From assembly GCF_003704095.1 (NCBI RefSeq), contig NW_020844174.1:186001-250000 (forward strand): a stretch of DNA of 64,000 bases, written 5' to 3'. This document shows positions 26,652 to 36,850 of this stretch, in pieces. The notes beneath the pieces are model-generated. The model was not told where the DNA came from and did no database searches. It saw only the letters and a list, made by a program, of their open reading frames with translations. A program made the position numbers and the translations under genes. The DNA comes from Pocillopora damicornis. Taxonomy: Eukaryota. The stretch's first letter is position 1, and each line of letters begins with the position of its first letter.

Positions 26652-27809
26652 GTTTGTGTTTATCAAAAGTGATTTATGATAACTGGTGCCTTTCTCATGA
26701 TCATTGCTGCTTACCACAACATTAAAGTAGTTCCATCTTTACATTATTGAGACTGTCTTTACATTATTAAGACACAGTCTATAGTGATGTGTCTTTTGCT
26801 GTGCCTGCGATCCAGTAGAGGGAAGCGTGGATGCACTGAGCCAGTGTCTAAATGAGATTTCGATCCTCCGAACCGTAACAGTATACCTAACATCAGGTGA
26901 AAACGAGGGTTGAAGCCAAAAATAATATTTGCGATGTATTATTAAGAAGAAAAGTTTTGCCCTCGGATTTTTAAGTACACACGAAAAAAGTTATTTCATG
27001 TCCCAAAACCCCACCCCTTTCATCAGTTTTCTAGTGGTCCATCCAATTATGTGAGTTATCTCAACAGTCATTTTTGATAACTCTAATTAAAGAAAACCCT
27101 TATAACTCGGGACATGTCCCGAAGAGCCTCGACACAACTTATTCGCTAATTCCGTTCCCTCTAAAGTCGGAGGTTTTTTAGTGCGCATTCTGCAAGCCTA
27201 TCTTACATGCAGTATATGATTTTAAGAAAATTTGGAAGTCAAGGCTGTGATAATGCGATTTTTTTTAACACTCTTAACAGTGTGCGTGTATTTCAATGAC
27301 GAAAGCGGTGACTTCATTTTTTTCAATATGATTCATCTTTGCACTAGATCTTAAAGAAAACCTTGGAGTATGTTCAATGCCAGTTCGACTGATCGATAAT
27401 TTATGGTGACTTAGAACCTTCCTAGGTTTTTTAAACCTTGGAGGGTTTTATTCTAGTATCTTAAGTTGCCCATCGAATATTGTTGCTATAGCGTCAACAT
27501 TGAATTTGGTTGTTGCAACGCGTTTTTCAACCACCGACTTATTCCATCTGAATTTACGTCCTTAGCGAACTGACTGAAAACAAATTGTGAGTAAAAACAA
27601 GAGTCTATTCTCGGGGTACACTGGGTCATTTTGTCTAAATTTATTCATGTGAAAGCGTGTCCGTTTGGTGAGCGAGTCTTCTTTACAGTCCAGAACTACA
27701 TGGTCATACACGAGCTCTGCTCTTCAATGTAAAGAATTGTGCGACACCCAACACGCAACTGTTCCATAACTGGGCGAACGAGAAGAATTGCGTATTCTGC
27801 CAGTCGCAT

Positions 27810-29867
27810 TTAATTTCCCAGCAGTTTGTCCAACTCCTTTCTAAACTTGAGTACATGAAACATGTTCTTAAGCTGAAGTGTGTGTTCAAGACATTTGTAA
27901 AAATAATCTGGGCATTCTCCTCGGAGCTCTTGAAGTTCAATCAATGTTTGTCCTGTGAATTCAGCCATGTCTTTGTCACACACCTGTGCCAATCCAATTT
28001 TCTTCAGCCATTTTTTCACGTCCTTATTTGTCCATCCGGCTACATCTGGACCAGAGGGCTGTTTTGTTAGAGTCGTGGCCTCGGTTGTTCGAATCATCGC
28101 CTCTGGGGGCCCGTCTGTGTGATCCACATCTTTTCCTCTTCCCGCTAATTCTCTGACCAGTTTTGCCACACCAGAATCAATGGTATGCTTACTCTGAAAG
28201 CCAATCCACAGTTTCGTTCCCAACAGCATTCCTAGCCAGCCATCCGCTTTGTAATTTTTCTGCATCATCAAAGGAATGATGTCTTTTCTTAACTGGTAGG
28301 CGTACTCGGCCTCTGAACGACAGTTGGGACTCTCTTTGTATCGTTGTGACACGCAGATCAATACAACAGCAGCGTTCTCGACAGCTTTGGCCATTGCGTC
28401 CAGTGTGGACCCACCCATCTGCTCCAGGTCCATCCAAACTCTGTATCCATTAGCCTGAAGTTGATTTTTGACTTGAACCAAGACATCCTGAGCATCCCAT
28501 TGGTAGCTAATCATCACGTGGTTTCCAGACCCCTCTTTTGTCTTGTCGGCTTTGTCTCTTGCTGTCTTTCCTTCAATCTCCCACAATGCTCCAGCGGCTA
28601 CCTTTTGCACTTCAGCGTTTTGACTGTGGTGTAATGTGCGTAAGATGTCCACGGTTCCGTCTCCCTCTCGAATGATATCCTTGTTAGAGTCGTCGAAAGC
28701 CAGCATCCACAATGCTTTAACCGCACTCGCTCGTTCCTCGTCGTCGCTTGAGGTCTGGAGTGTTGACGTTAAAACTCTTATTGCCCCTTCGCATCCAAGA
28801 ATTTGCTTGTTGTTGTCGTTAATTGCCAAATGACTGAGTCCTTCTGCAAGTTCCTTAGCGGAGAATCCGTTGCTTCGGCGGTCTTCTGCATTCCAAGCTT
28901 CGTCTAACATTGTTATAATGAAGCGAAGCAAGTCTTTTTCGGCGGAGATTAGATGATTAGTTTCTTCATTAACAAGGTACGCCAGGCACAACAAGGCCGA
29001 GGTAGCAATACTTGCCACTTTAACCTTTGCAAAATAAAGTAAAGTCTCGTCACTGTTAGCAAACCATTGGCGATCTCTCAGTCGGCGAGAAATGTTGTGC
29101 AAAATGCCGGTGCACGCGTCAAGTATGAGAAATGTTTCAGATCCTTCATCTTCGCTTTGCCAGTCATCATTCTCTTGATCGATCCTCTTGATATTCTCCA
29201 TGCAAGTTAGTACAACTCCATCTTGAGCGCTCGCCAAGCAAAAACCATCGTGGAAATCAGCAAAGTTTTGTATTATTGACAGTGCGAATAAAAGGCTGTC
29301 AAAGCAAGTGAAAGTCTCCTCTTGGTCACTTGTTCTCAATTCGTCGTCTGTTCCATCAGTATAGTAATCTTTGAAACAGTTTTTCACGAAGCTATGCAAC
29401 ACTGTTGCTCCTTCGACTTCAATTATAAACTCCATAAGTGTGCTGAATTTTTCTGAGTCGTTCGTCCCTGCTGATGTATATGTGCTGTAGCTTTTTTCAG
29501 CCAACTCTACAATTGTTCCTCCCAGCCTAGAATATTGAATTATATGTCCCTTGGATTTGTCGTCTACGGCTTTTCTCAAACCTTGTAGAGGGGTTAACAT
29601 CGTTTGAAGGTCATCTTGTAGCTCTGGGAAGCTGTGCGTGTATTTAAGTAAGACTTCCCACTCATCCAGTGAAATCATCTCACTTCGTTCTTCGTTCTTG
29701 TGCTCCTTGTTTACACTTGACGTATGGCCATGATCTTGTGCTGGCCGGTGTTGAACAACTTTGGGCTTCAAATCAGATATTGGCGGTCTGTTCACAGCCG
29801 TGTCCATTTGAGGCTGTCGAGGTACTACATTAAGATTTCTAGATTTCTTTGATCCACCAGAACCCAT
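27810..29867 (-). CDS. Intronless ARM-repeat/TIR/SAM protein, copy 1 (685 aa from MGSGGSKK)
   Basis: ARM-like repeats (ELAEGLSHLAINDNNK, AVKALWMLAFDDSNK, AAGALWEI), a TIR_2-type domain (HVMISYQWD...VWMD...SQRYKESPNCRSEAEYA...IIPL, ~28523-28141) and a C-terminal SAM-like domain (WTNKDVKKWL...FTGQTLIEL). First ATG at 29867. Confidence 0.88.
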   Translation of the reverse strand: MGSGGSKKSRNLNVVPRQPQMDTAVNRPPISDLKPKVVQHRPAQDHGHTSSVNKEHKNEERSEMISLDEWEVLLKYTHSFPELQDDLQTMLTPLQGLRKAVDDKSKGHIIQYSRLGGTIVELAEKSYSTYTSAGTNDSEKFSTLMEFIIEVEGATVLHSFVKNCFKDYYTDGTDDELRTSDQEETFTCFDSLLFALSIIQNFADFHDGFCLASAQDGVVLTCMENIKRIDQENDDWQSEDEGSETFLILDACTGILHNISRRLRDRQWFANSDETLLYFAKVKVASIATSALLCLAYLVNEETNHLISAEKDLLRFIITMLDEAWNAEDRRSNGFSAKELAEGLSHLAINDNNKQILGCEGAIRVLTSTLQTSSDDEERASAVKALWMLAFDDSNKDIIREGDGTVDILRTLHHSQNAEVQKVAAGALWEIEGKTARDKADKTKEGSGNHVMISYQWDAQDVLVQVKNQLQANGYRVWMDLEQMGGSTLDAMAKAVENAAVVLICVSQRYKESPNCRSEAEYAYQLRKDIIPLMMQKNYKADGWLGMLLGTKLWIGFQSKHTIDSGVAKLVRELAGRGKDVDHTDGPPEAMIRTTEATTLTKQPSGPDVAGWTNKDVKKWLKKIGLAQVCDKDMAEFTGQTLIELQELRGECPDYFYKCLEHTLQLKNMFHVLKFRKELDKLLGN

Positions 29868-29953
29868 AATAACTGAATTGTTAGACAACCTAATCGCCAA
29901 GAGCACGATGCAGCACGTAAAGTTAGACTTTCTCTGTTACTATGCTGTGAATC

Positions 29954-30053
29954 NNNNNNNNNNNNNNNNNNNNNNNNNNNNNNNNNNNNNNNNNNNNNNN
30001 NNNNNNNNNNNNNNNNNNNNNNNNNNNNNNNNNNNNNNNNNNNNNNNNNNNNN
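29954..30053. other. Assembly gap (100 N)
   Basis: Run of N. Confidence 1.
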
Positions 30054-30233
30054 GAACTAAAATTTCAAATGCCTTACGCTCTAGGCGTCGTTTACTGCGC
30101 ACGTCATAGATTGTTTTCCACGGGCTTTTCTTTGCTCTCATCTGGCATCCCGCGTAAGGGATTAGTCTCTGGCAATGGTCCACATATTGCATTCTAAAAA
30201 CAAAGAAATTTGTACAATCACGCGTCTGTTTAC

Positions 30234-31220
30234 CTCTTCAAGTCCTCTCCAGCCCTGCGGCCGCGCCAGAAACTGCGCCAGCCGGACAGTGAGCGGCGCG
30301 TATCCTGAAAAGACGTATGCGATGTCGTTTGGGTTCTGAAAAGTGAAAACGAAAATTAATATCCTGATATCCACACCATACTGGCCAATTCTTGACATGT
30401 CCTCCAGCCCATAAGTCGCTGCGATACCTTCGACCGACACACTCTAGTAACCCTCACTTCATGCCTTGTTATATGAAGAATACCAATTTAAAATACCCAT
30501 CTCTATTTACCTGCTCTTGGACATCTTCCACGACAAGCTTCATTGACTTGCGCAATTGATTGTAAGATCGAGACGGCTGCGTCTGCGCTCTTAGCAAGCC
30601 AGCAGTTTCCAATGTAGAAAGCGTCCTGTACGTATGCTCAAAGCCATATGTCTACGAAAAAGAGAAATGGCGCTTCAGGCTTTGGCAGACTACAGAGGAA
30701 ACTTCAGAAAGGTAATGATTGAAAGCATTCCATTTTTCGTTCTTTTTTTTTCTTTTTTTTTATTGTGCATTTTTATTTTTTTTCTTTACCCAAGTGGAAA
30801 AGCAAACTAAGAAACTCACCTGTAGGATTTCCCGATAGTAGAACTCCAACATCTTCGGTTTAAAACCGTTATTTGTAAACACTGAGCACACAACAAACGA
30901 AGCACCTTGCAAAATTTGAAAAAAAGAAAGTGAAAGATAGATTGTTGCAATGAGAAGCAGAGAGGGGAAGAGTTAGGGGATGGGTGGGGGAAATCGTGAA
31001 CGCATGTAAAATGTACGTTATCAACTGCAAGCACTTTTGCGTCAGCCAATAAGATTCTAGAAGTCATACTGTGCAAGAGGGTTTAAAACTTTAAAGATCT
31101 TAGACAGGTCATTAGGTGATGGTATCGTCTGTTTACTTACGGTAATCAGCGGTTTCTTCAATCCAAAGCATTTCTCTATGTAAGGGTTGATTTTATCCGT
31201 GTCCAAGCCTTGAGCCAGCT
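30234..31220 (-). CDS. VPS33A: VPS33A exons 11-14, on the opposite strand to exons 1-10; exon 12 has a 1-nt frameshift
   Basis: Exons 31220-31141 ([18 protein letters not shown]...), 30905-30820 ([27 protein letters not shown], 86 nt), 30651-30511 (TYGFEH...EDVQEQ), 30335-30234 ([34 protein letters not shown]). Exon 11 is phase-compatible with exon 10. Confidence 0.88.
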
Positions 31221-31616
31221 CTGAACAAAAATTCGAAAAAACGATGGAAATATATTTTTACTATATTGTATTGTTGAATGCAACAAAGTCAAACGTTTTG
31301 AGAATTAATCAAATCATCATCAGTTAGATATTCTGGTAGCTGTCATACTCAGCCAACTCAAACATACAAGTTACAAGCGTAAGTAACTTTGGAGTTATGT
31401 AAAAACACATCGATTAATTTAGAGGTACGCCTTCTTCTTTCATCTACAGACGCAAGGCTGTCGTGGAGGTTAGAGCGAAGAGAAAAACATTTTTGAGCTT
31501 GAAGCTAAAGGAGGAAAAATGGGCGACAAGTTTTGAAATTAAATGAGTCACTAGCTGTAAGACTTTTTTAACAATTTTTTTACTGAAGTTGGTTCATTTT
31601 CATCCATGTAAATCGG

Positions 31617-32335
31617 GAGTTATCTTTGCCATTTATTAAAAAAAAATTTATTTTCCCTTTGAACTGACAGAAGTCGTTAATTGAAATTCAGTGTGACTCC
31701 TAAAATTTGCATTTCCGTTTGCAAGAGGGTAGCGAAGCATTTCAAAACAGAAAGCAGTAGGGTGGGTTTTGTTCAAAACGAGACAAACAACTACGATTAC
31801 CATGATGCAGTACTAAACGAGTCACGAAATCTTTGGAGTATGGGCACGGCTTAAGAGCAATATTCCCTTGGAAAAGTTCTTCAGACTAACGGAAGAGGAT
31901 TTCAAACCTTCAATTTGCTTGAATGAACTTCAAGGACAACTTATGTTGTCAAACGATGTCATTATGTTGTTGTAAATTGTGAGTTATCTTTACCATTTGT
32001 CACAACAAATAAATTTTCCCTTTAAACTGACAAAAGTCGTTGATTGAAATTCCGTGTGACTCCTAAAATTTGCATTTTCGTTCGTAAGAGGGTAGCGAAG
32101 CATTTCAAAACAGAAAACAGTATGTGGGTTTTGTTCAAAACGAGACTGATAACTACGATTACCATAATGCAGTATTAAACGAGTCACGAAATCTTTGGAG
32201 CATGGGGACGGCTCAAGAACAATATTTCCCTTAAAAAGCTCTTCAGACTAACGAAATGGGATTTGAAACCCTTAATTTGGTTGAAAGAACTTCAAGGACA
32301 ATTGATGTTCTTAAACGATGTCATAATATTGTAAA
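31617..32335. repeat. Tandem duplication (~364-bp period) upstream of TIR copy 2
   Basis: GAGTTATCTTT at 31617 and 31981 begin two similar blocks (gtgactcctaaaatttgcattt, gagggtagcgaagcatttcaaaacag, cgagtcacgaaatctttggag). One homologous block lies upstream of copy 3 (~39200-39550). Confidence 0.85.
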
Positions 32336-32354
32336 AGAGAAAGACAGGTTGTCA

Positions 32355-32384
32355 ATGACGTCATAGGGAGTTGTAGTCACGTGA
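32355..32384. promoter_or_regulatory. CRE/ATF site, ACTACAACTCCC motif and E-box upstream of TIR copy 2
   Basis: TGACGTCA 32356-32363 (also conserved upstream of copy 3 at 39174-39181), GGGAGTTGTAGT (reverse ZNF143/THAP11-type motif) and CACGTG 32378-32383. Confidence 0.4.
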
Positions 32385-32714
32385 TTGCTTTCAGGAAAAA
32401 ATGAATATCCAAATCGAGGGAGTAGCGGTAACTATGTCTAACTCTGACTGACGGAAATACTCGTTGTCTGTAACTTTTAAGCAAAATTTCGTCTACTTTT
32501 CGCAAGTAACTGGCCTCTACGCAAGGAGATTCAACCCGAAAATTTCTCCCCAATGACATACGCAGTAAGATTCACAGCATAGCAACAGAGAAAGTCTAAC
32601 TTTACGTGCTGCATCGTGCTCTTGGCGACTAGGTTGTCAAACAATCCAATCATTGTGAGTTATGGTGGATCAAAGAAATCAAGAAATCTTAATGTAGCAC
32701 CTCGACAACCTGAA

Positions 32715-34727
32715 ATGGAAATGGCTGTCAACAGACCACCGACATCTGATTTGAAGCCCGAACTTGTTCAACACCTGCCTCTACAAGATCACGGCCATAC
32801 GTCAAGAGTAAACATGGAGCACAAGAACGAAGAACGAAGTGAGAGGATTTCATCGGCTGAGTGGGAAGCCTTACTTAGAAGAACGTATAAGAAATACGCA
32901 GAAAGCTTCCCAGAGCTAGGAGATGCCCCTCCAATAATGTTTAATTCCCTAAGAGAGTTGAGGAAAGCCGTAGACGACAAATCCAAGGGACATATAATTC
33001 AATATTCTAAGCTGAGAGGAATACTCGTAGAGTTGTTTGAAAAAAGTTACAGCACATGTGAGTCAGCGCGGACGAACGACTCAGAAAAATTCAATGCACT
33101 TATGGAGTTTATAATTGAAGGCGAAGGAGCAACAGTGCTGCATAGCTTCGTGAAAAACTGTTTCAAAGATTTCTATACTAATGGAAAAGACGAAAAGTTG
33201 GGCACAAGTTACCAAAAGGAGACTTATACTTGCGTTAAGAGCCTATCATACGCATTGTCAACAATACAAAACTTTACTGATTTCCACGATGGTTTTTGCT
33301 TGGCGAGCGCTCAAGATGGAGTTGTACTAACTTGCATGGATAATATCAAGAGGATCGATCAAGAGAATGATGACTGGCAAAGCGAAGATGAAGAATCTGA
33401 AATATTTGAAGTACTAGACGCGTGCATCTCAATTTTGCACAACATTTCTCGCCGACTGCGAGATCGCCAATGGTTTGCTAACAGTGACGACACTTTGCTC
33501 TATTTTGCAAAAGTTAAAGTGGCAAGTATCGCTGCCACGGCGTTGTTGTGCCTGACTTACCTTGTTGATGAAGAAACTAATCATTTGATATCCGCCAACA
33601 AAGACTTGCTCCGCTTCATTATAGCAATGTTAGACGAAGCTTGCGAGGCCGAAGACCACAAAAGCAACGGATTCTCCGCTAAGGAACTTGTAGAAGGACT
33701 CGGTCGTTTGGCAATTAACGACAACAATAAGAAAATTCTTGGAAACGAAGGGGCAATAAGAGTCTTAACGTCAAGAATCAAGACCTCGAGCGACGACGAG
33801 GAACGAGCGAGTGCGGTCGAGGCATTGTGGATGCTGGCTTTCGCCAACTCAAACAAGGATATTATTCGAGAGGGAGACGGGACCATGGAGATCTTACGCA
33901 CATTACACCACAGTCAAAACGCTGAAGTGCAAAAGGCAGCCGCTGGAGCATTGTGGGAGATTGAAGGAAAGACAGCAAGAGACAAAGCCGATAAGACAAA
34001 AGAGGGGTCTGGAAACCACGTGATGATTAGCTACCAACGGGATGCTCAGGAAATCATGATCCAAGTCAAAAATCAACTTCAGGCTAATGGATGCAGAGTA
34101 TGGATGGATCTGGAGCAAATGAGTGGGTCCACACTAGAGACAAGGGCCAAAGCTGTTGAGAACGCTGCTGTTGTACTGATCTGCGTGTCACAACGATACA
34201 AAGAGAGTCCAAACTGTCGTTCAGAGGCCGAGTACGCCTACCAGTTAGGAAAAGACATCATTCCTTTGATGATGGAGGAAAATTACAAAGCGGATGGCTG
34301 GCTAGGAATGCTATTAGGAACGAAACTGTGTATTGGCTTTCAGAGTAAGGATAACATTGATTCCGGTGTGACAAAACCGGTCAAAGAATTGGCGGGAAGA
34401 GGAAAAGATGTGGATCACACAGACGGCCCCCCAAAGAAGAGGATTCGAAAAACTACGGCCACCACTCCAACAAAACAGCCCTCTAGTCCAGATGTAGCCG
34501 AATGGACAAATGAGGACGTGAAGAGATGGCTGGAGAAAATTGGATTAACACAGGTGTGTGACGAAGACATGGTTGAATTCACTGGACAAACACTGATTGA
34601 ACTTCAAGAGCTCCGAGGAGAATGCCCAGATTATTTTTACAAGTGTCTTGAGCGCACATTTCAGCTTAAAAACATGTTTCATGTACTCAAGTTTAGAAAG
34701 GAGTTGGACAAACTGCTAGGAAATTAA
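32715..34727 (+). CDS. ARM/TIR/SAM protein, copy 2 (ancestral ATG mutated to GTG at 32655; first in-frame ATG 32715); possibly decaying
   Basis: Uninterrupted ORF paralogous to copies 1 and 3 along its whole length. The start region reads GTG AGT TAT instead of ATG GGT TCT, and several otherwise shared TIR residues are substituted. Confidence 0.75.
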   Translation: MEMAVNRPPTSDLKPELVQHLPLQDHGHTSRVNMEHKNEERSERISSAEWEALLRRTYKKYAESFPELGDAPPIMFNSLRELRKAVDDKSKGHIIQYSKLRGILVELFEKSYSTCESARTNDSEKFNALMEFIIEGEGATVLHSFVKNCFKDFYTNGKDEKLGTSYQKETYTCVKSLSYALSTIQNFTDFHDGFCLASAQDGVVLTCMDNIKRIDQENDDWQSEDEESEIFEVLDACISILHNISRRLRDRQWFANSDDTLLYFAKVKVASIAATALLCLTYLVDEETNHLISANKDLLRFIIAMLDEACEAEDHKSNGFSAKELVEGLGRLAINDNNKKILGNEGAIRVLTSRIKTSSDDEERASAVEALWMLAFANSNKDIIREGDGTMEILRTLHHSQNAEVQKAAAGALWEIEGKTARDKADKTKEGSGNHVMISYQRDAQEIMIQVKNQLQANGCRVWMDLEQMSGSTLETRAKAVENAAVVLICVSQRYKESPNCRSEAEYAYQLGKDIIPLMMEENYKADGWLGMLLGTKLCIGFQSKDNIDSGVTKPVKELAGRGKDVDHTDGPPKKRIRKTTATTPTKQPSSPDVAEWTNEDVKRWLEKIGLTQVCDEDMVEFTGQTLIELQELRGECPDYFYKCLERTFQLKNMFHVLKFRKELDKLLGN

Positions 34728-35660
34728 TTGCGATTGGCGAAATATGCAATTCCTCTCATTCGCCTAGTTAAGGAACAGTTGTGTGATGTGTGTCACACAA
34801 TTCTTTACATTTAGGGGCAAAGCTCGTGTATGATCATGAACTTTTGGACTGTAAAGATGAATCGTTCATCAAACGGACACGCTTTCACATGAGCAAACTA
34901 AGACAAAATGACCCAACGTACCCCGAGAATAGATTCTTGTTTTTATTTACAATTTGTTTTCAATCAGTTCGCCAAGGACGTAAATCCGAATGGAATAAGT
35001 TCGGTGGTTGAAAAACGGGTCGCAGCAACCAAATCCAATGTTGACGCTATAGCAATAATATTCGAATAGCAACTGAAATATGTACTAAATTCTAGAGATA
35101 AAAGCGTTATACTCAAATTTCTAATTGAACAATTTGCTAGTTTCTGCACAGCCATGTACAGTTTTGTTAGCCATGTTTTTTTTAAATTAGGTTGGTTATA
35201 AATCATACATTTCCAGTTCTTTTGTACCATTGTTGAGCTCACTTGTTGACTGCCATTAGCACTGAAGGATTTTCTGAGGTTTAAAAATTACCTCTAAGGT
35301 TTTAAAAGCCAAAGAAGGTTCTAAATCACCATAAATTATCGATCAGTCGAGATGGCATTGAACATACTCCAAGATTTTTTTTTTAAGATCCAGTGCAAAG
35401 ATGAATATTGATATGCTAAATACAATTCCATATTGAGAAAAAGGGAAGTTGACGCTTTCGTTTTTGAAATACAGGCACATTGTTAATAGTGTTTAAAAGA
35501 GGGTGTTATTTTCTAACCAGTCCCTTCAAAAGGGTTTTATAATATCTATCAAGTTATTTTTTATGATATTTACAGTCGTAGTTGTAGGCTCCTTGGAAGA
35601 GTACTTTGTAGTGATGATAAATACCGTGGATAAGTAAAGTTTTCATTCATTCATTCATTC

Positions 35661-35760
35661 NNNNNNNNNNNNNNNNNNNNNNNNNNNNNNNNNNNNNNNN
35701 NNNNNNNNNNNNNNNNNNNNNNNNNNNNNNNNNNNNNNNNNNNNNNNNNNNNNNNNNNNN
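35661..35760. other. Assembly gap (100 N)
   Basis: Run of N, preceded by a (TTCA)n microsatellite. Confidence 1.
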
Positions 35761-36504
35761 AAAAATAGTTTGGAGAATTGCCATAGTAATGGAGGGCCTA
35801 AAAGGTTTAAACTTTATACTAAACGCTTTAAAACAACCAATTTCATATAAGCACTTGGCTGTTTTTCTACTTAATCCTCTCTAGAAGTTACTCACAGCGC
35901 TGGCATCGTAAAAAATAACTTGATAGATATTATAAAACCCTTTTGAAGGGACTGGTTAGAAAATAACACCCTCTTTTAAACACTATTAACAGTGTGCCTG
36001 TATTTCAAAAATGACAGCGGTAACTTCCCTTTTTTCAATATGGAATTGCATTCAGCCTACCAATATTCATCTTTACACTAGATCTTAAGCAAAACCTTGG
36101 AGTATGTTCAATGCTTTCTCGACTGATTGATAATTTATGGTGACTTAGAACCTTCGTAGGCTTTTTAAACCTTGGAGGTACTTTTTAAACCTCAGAAAAC
36201 CCTTCAGTGCTAATGGCAGTCAACAAATGAGCTCAACAATGATAGTAAAGAACTGGAACTGTAGGATTTATAACCAACTTGATTTAAAAAAAAAAACATG
36301 GCTGGTAAAACTATACATGACTGTACAGAAACTAGCAAATTGTTCAATTAGAAATGTAATTATGACGCATTTATCCCTAGTATTTAGTATATATTTAAGT
36401 TCTTCCTCGAATACTGCTGCTATAGCGTCAATGAGCTTATTACATTTGGATTTACGTCCTTAGCGAACTGACTGACAGCGAATTGTAAAATATATACAAG
36501 AATC

Positions 36505-36639
36505 GGATCAATATCAGTATCTGGGCAACTGCTCACCTACCCTCCCCTAACTCAAAACAGTCAATTGATAACAAGTTAGGGTTAATGTTGGGTTAGGGGA
36601 GGGGTAGGTAGGCAATTGCCCAGATACTGATATTGATCC
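36505..36639. mobile_element. 135-bp palindromic MITE with ~8-bp target-site duplication in the 3' flank of TIR copy 3
   Basis: TIRs GGATCAATATCAGTATCTGGGCAA...TTGCCCAGATACTGATATTGATCC, flanked by CAAGAATC/TAAGAATC. The site is empty in the paralogous flank of copy 1 (~27598 caagagtctattctc). Confidence 0.88.
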
Positions 36640-36850
36640 TAAGAATCTATTCTCGGGCACATTGTGTCAGGTTGTCTCAGTTTTCTCATGTGAAAACGTG
36701 ACCGTTTGCGGAACGAGTCTTCTTTGCAGTCCAAAACTACATGGTCACACACGAGTTCCGTTCTTCAATTTACAGAATTGTGTGACACACATCACGCAAC
36801 TGATCCTTAACTAGGCGAACGAGAAGAATTGCATATTTCGCTAATCGCAA

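Noticed and set aside
27810-29867. Calling the TIR genes SARM1 orthologs
   Set aside because: The domain order differs (single SAM after the TIR) and the TIR motifs are not SARM1-like (no DVFISYRR), so no gene symbol was assigned.
29868-29906. 13-aa N-terminal extension MLLAIRLSNNSVI (and equivalents at 32616 and 38935) in the ORF track
   Set aside because: It begins at GTG under prokaryote-style start rules. The first ATG gives the MG..S motif and is the more plausible eukaryotic start.
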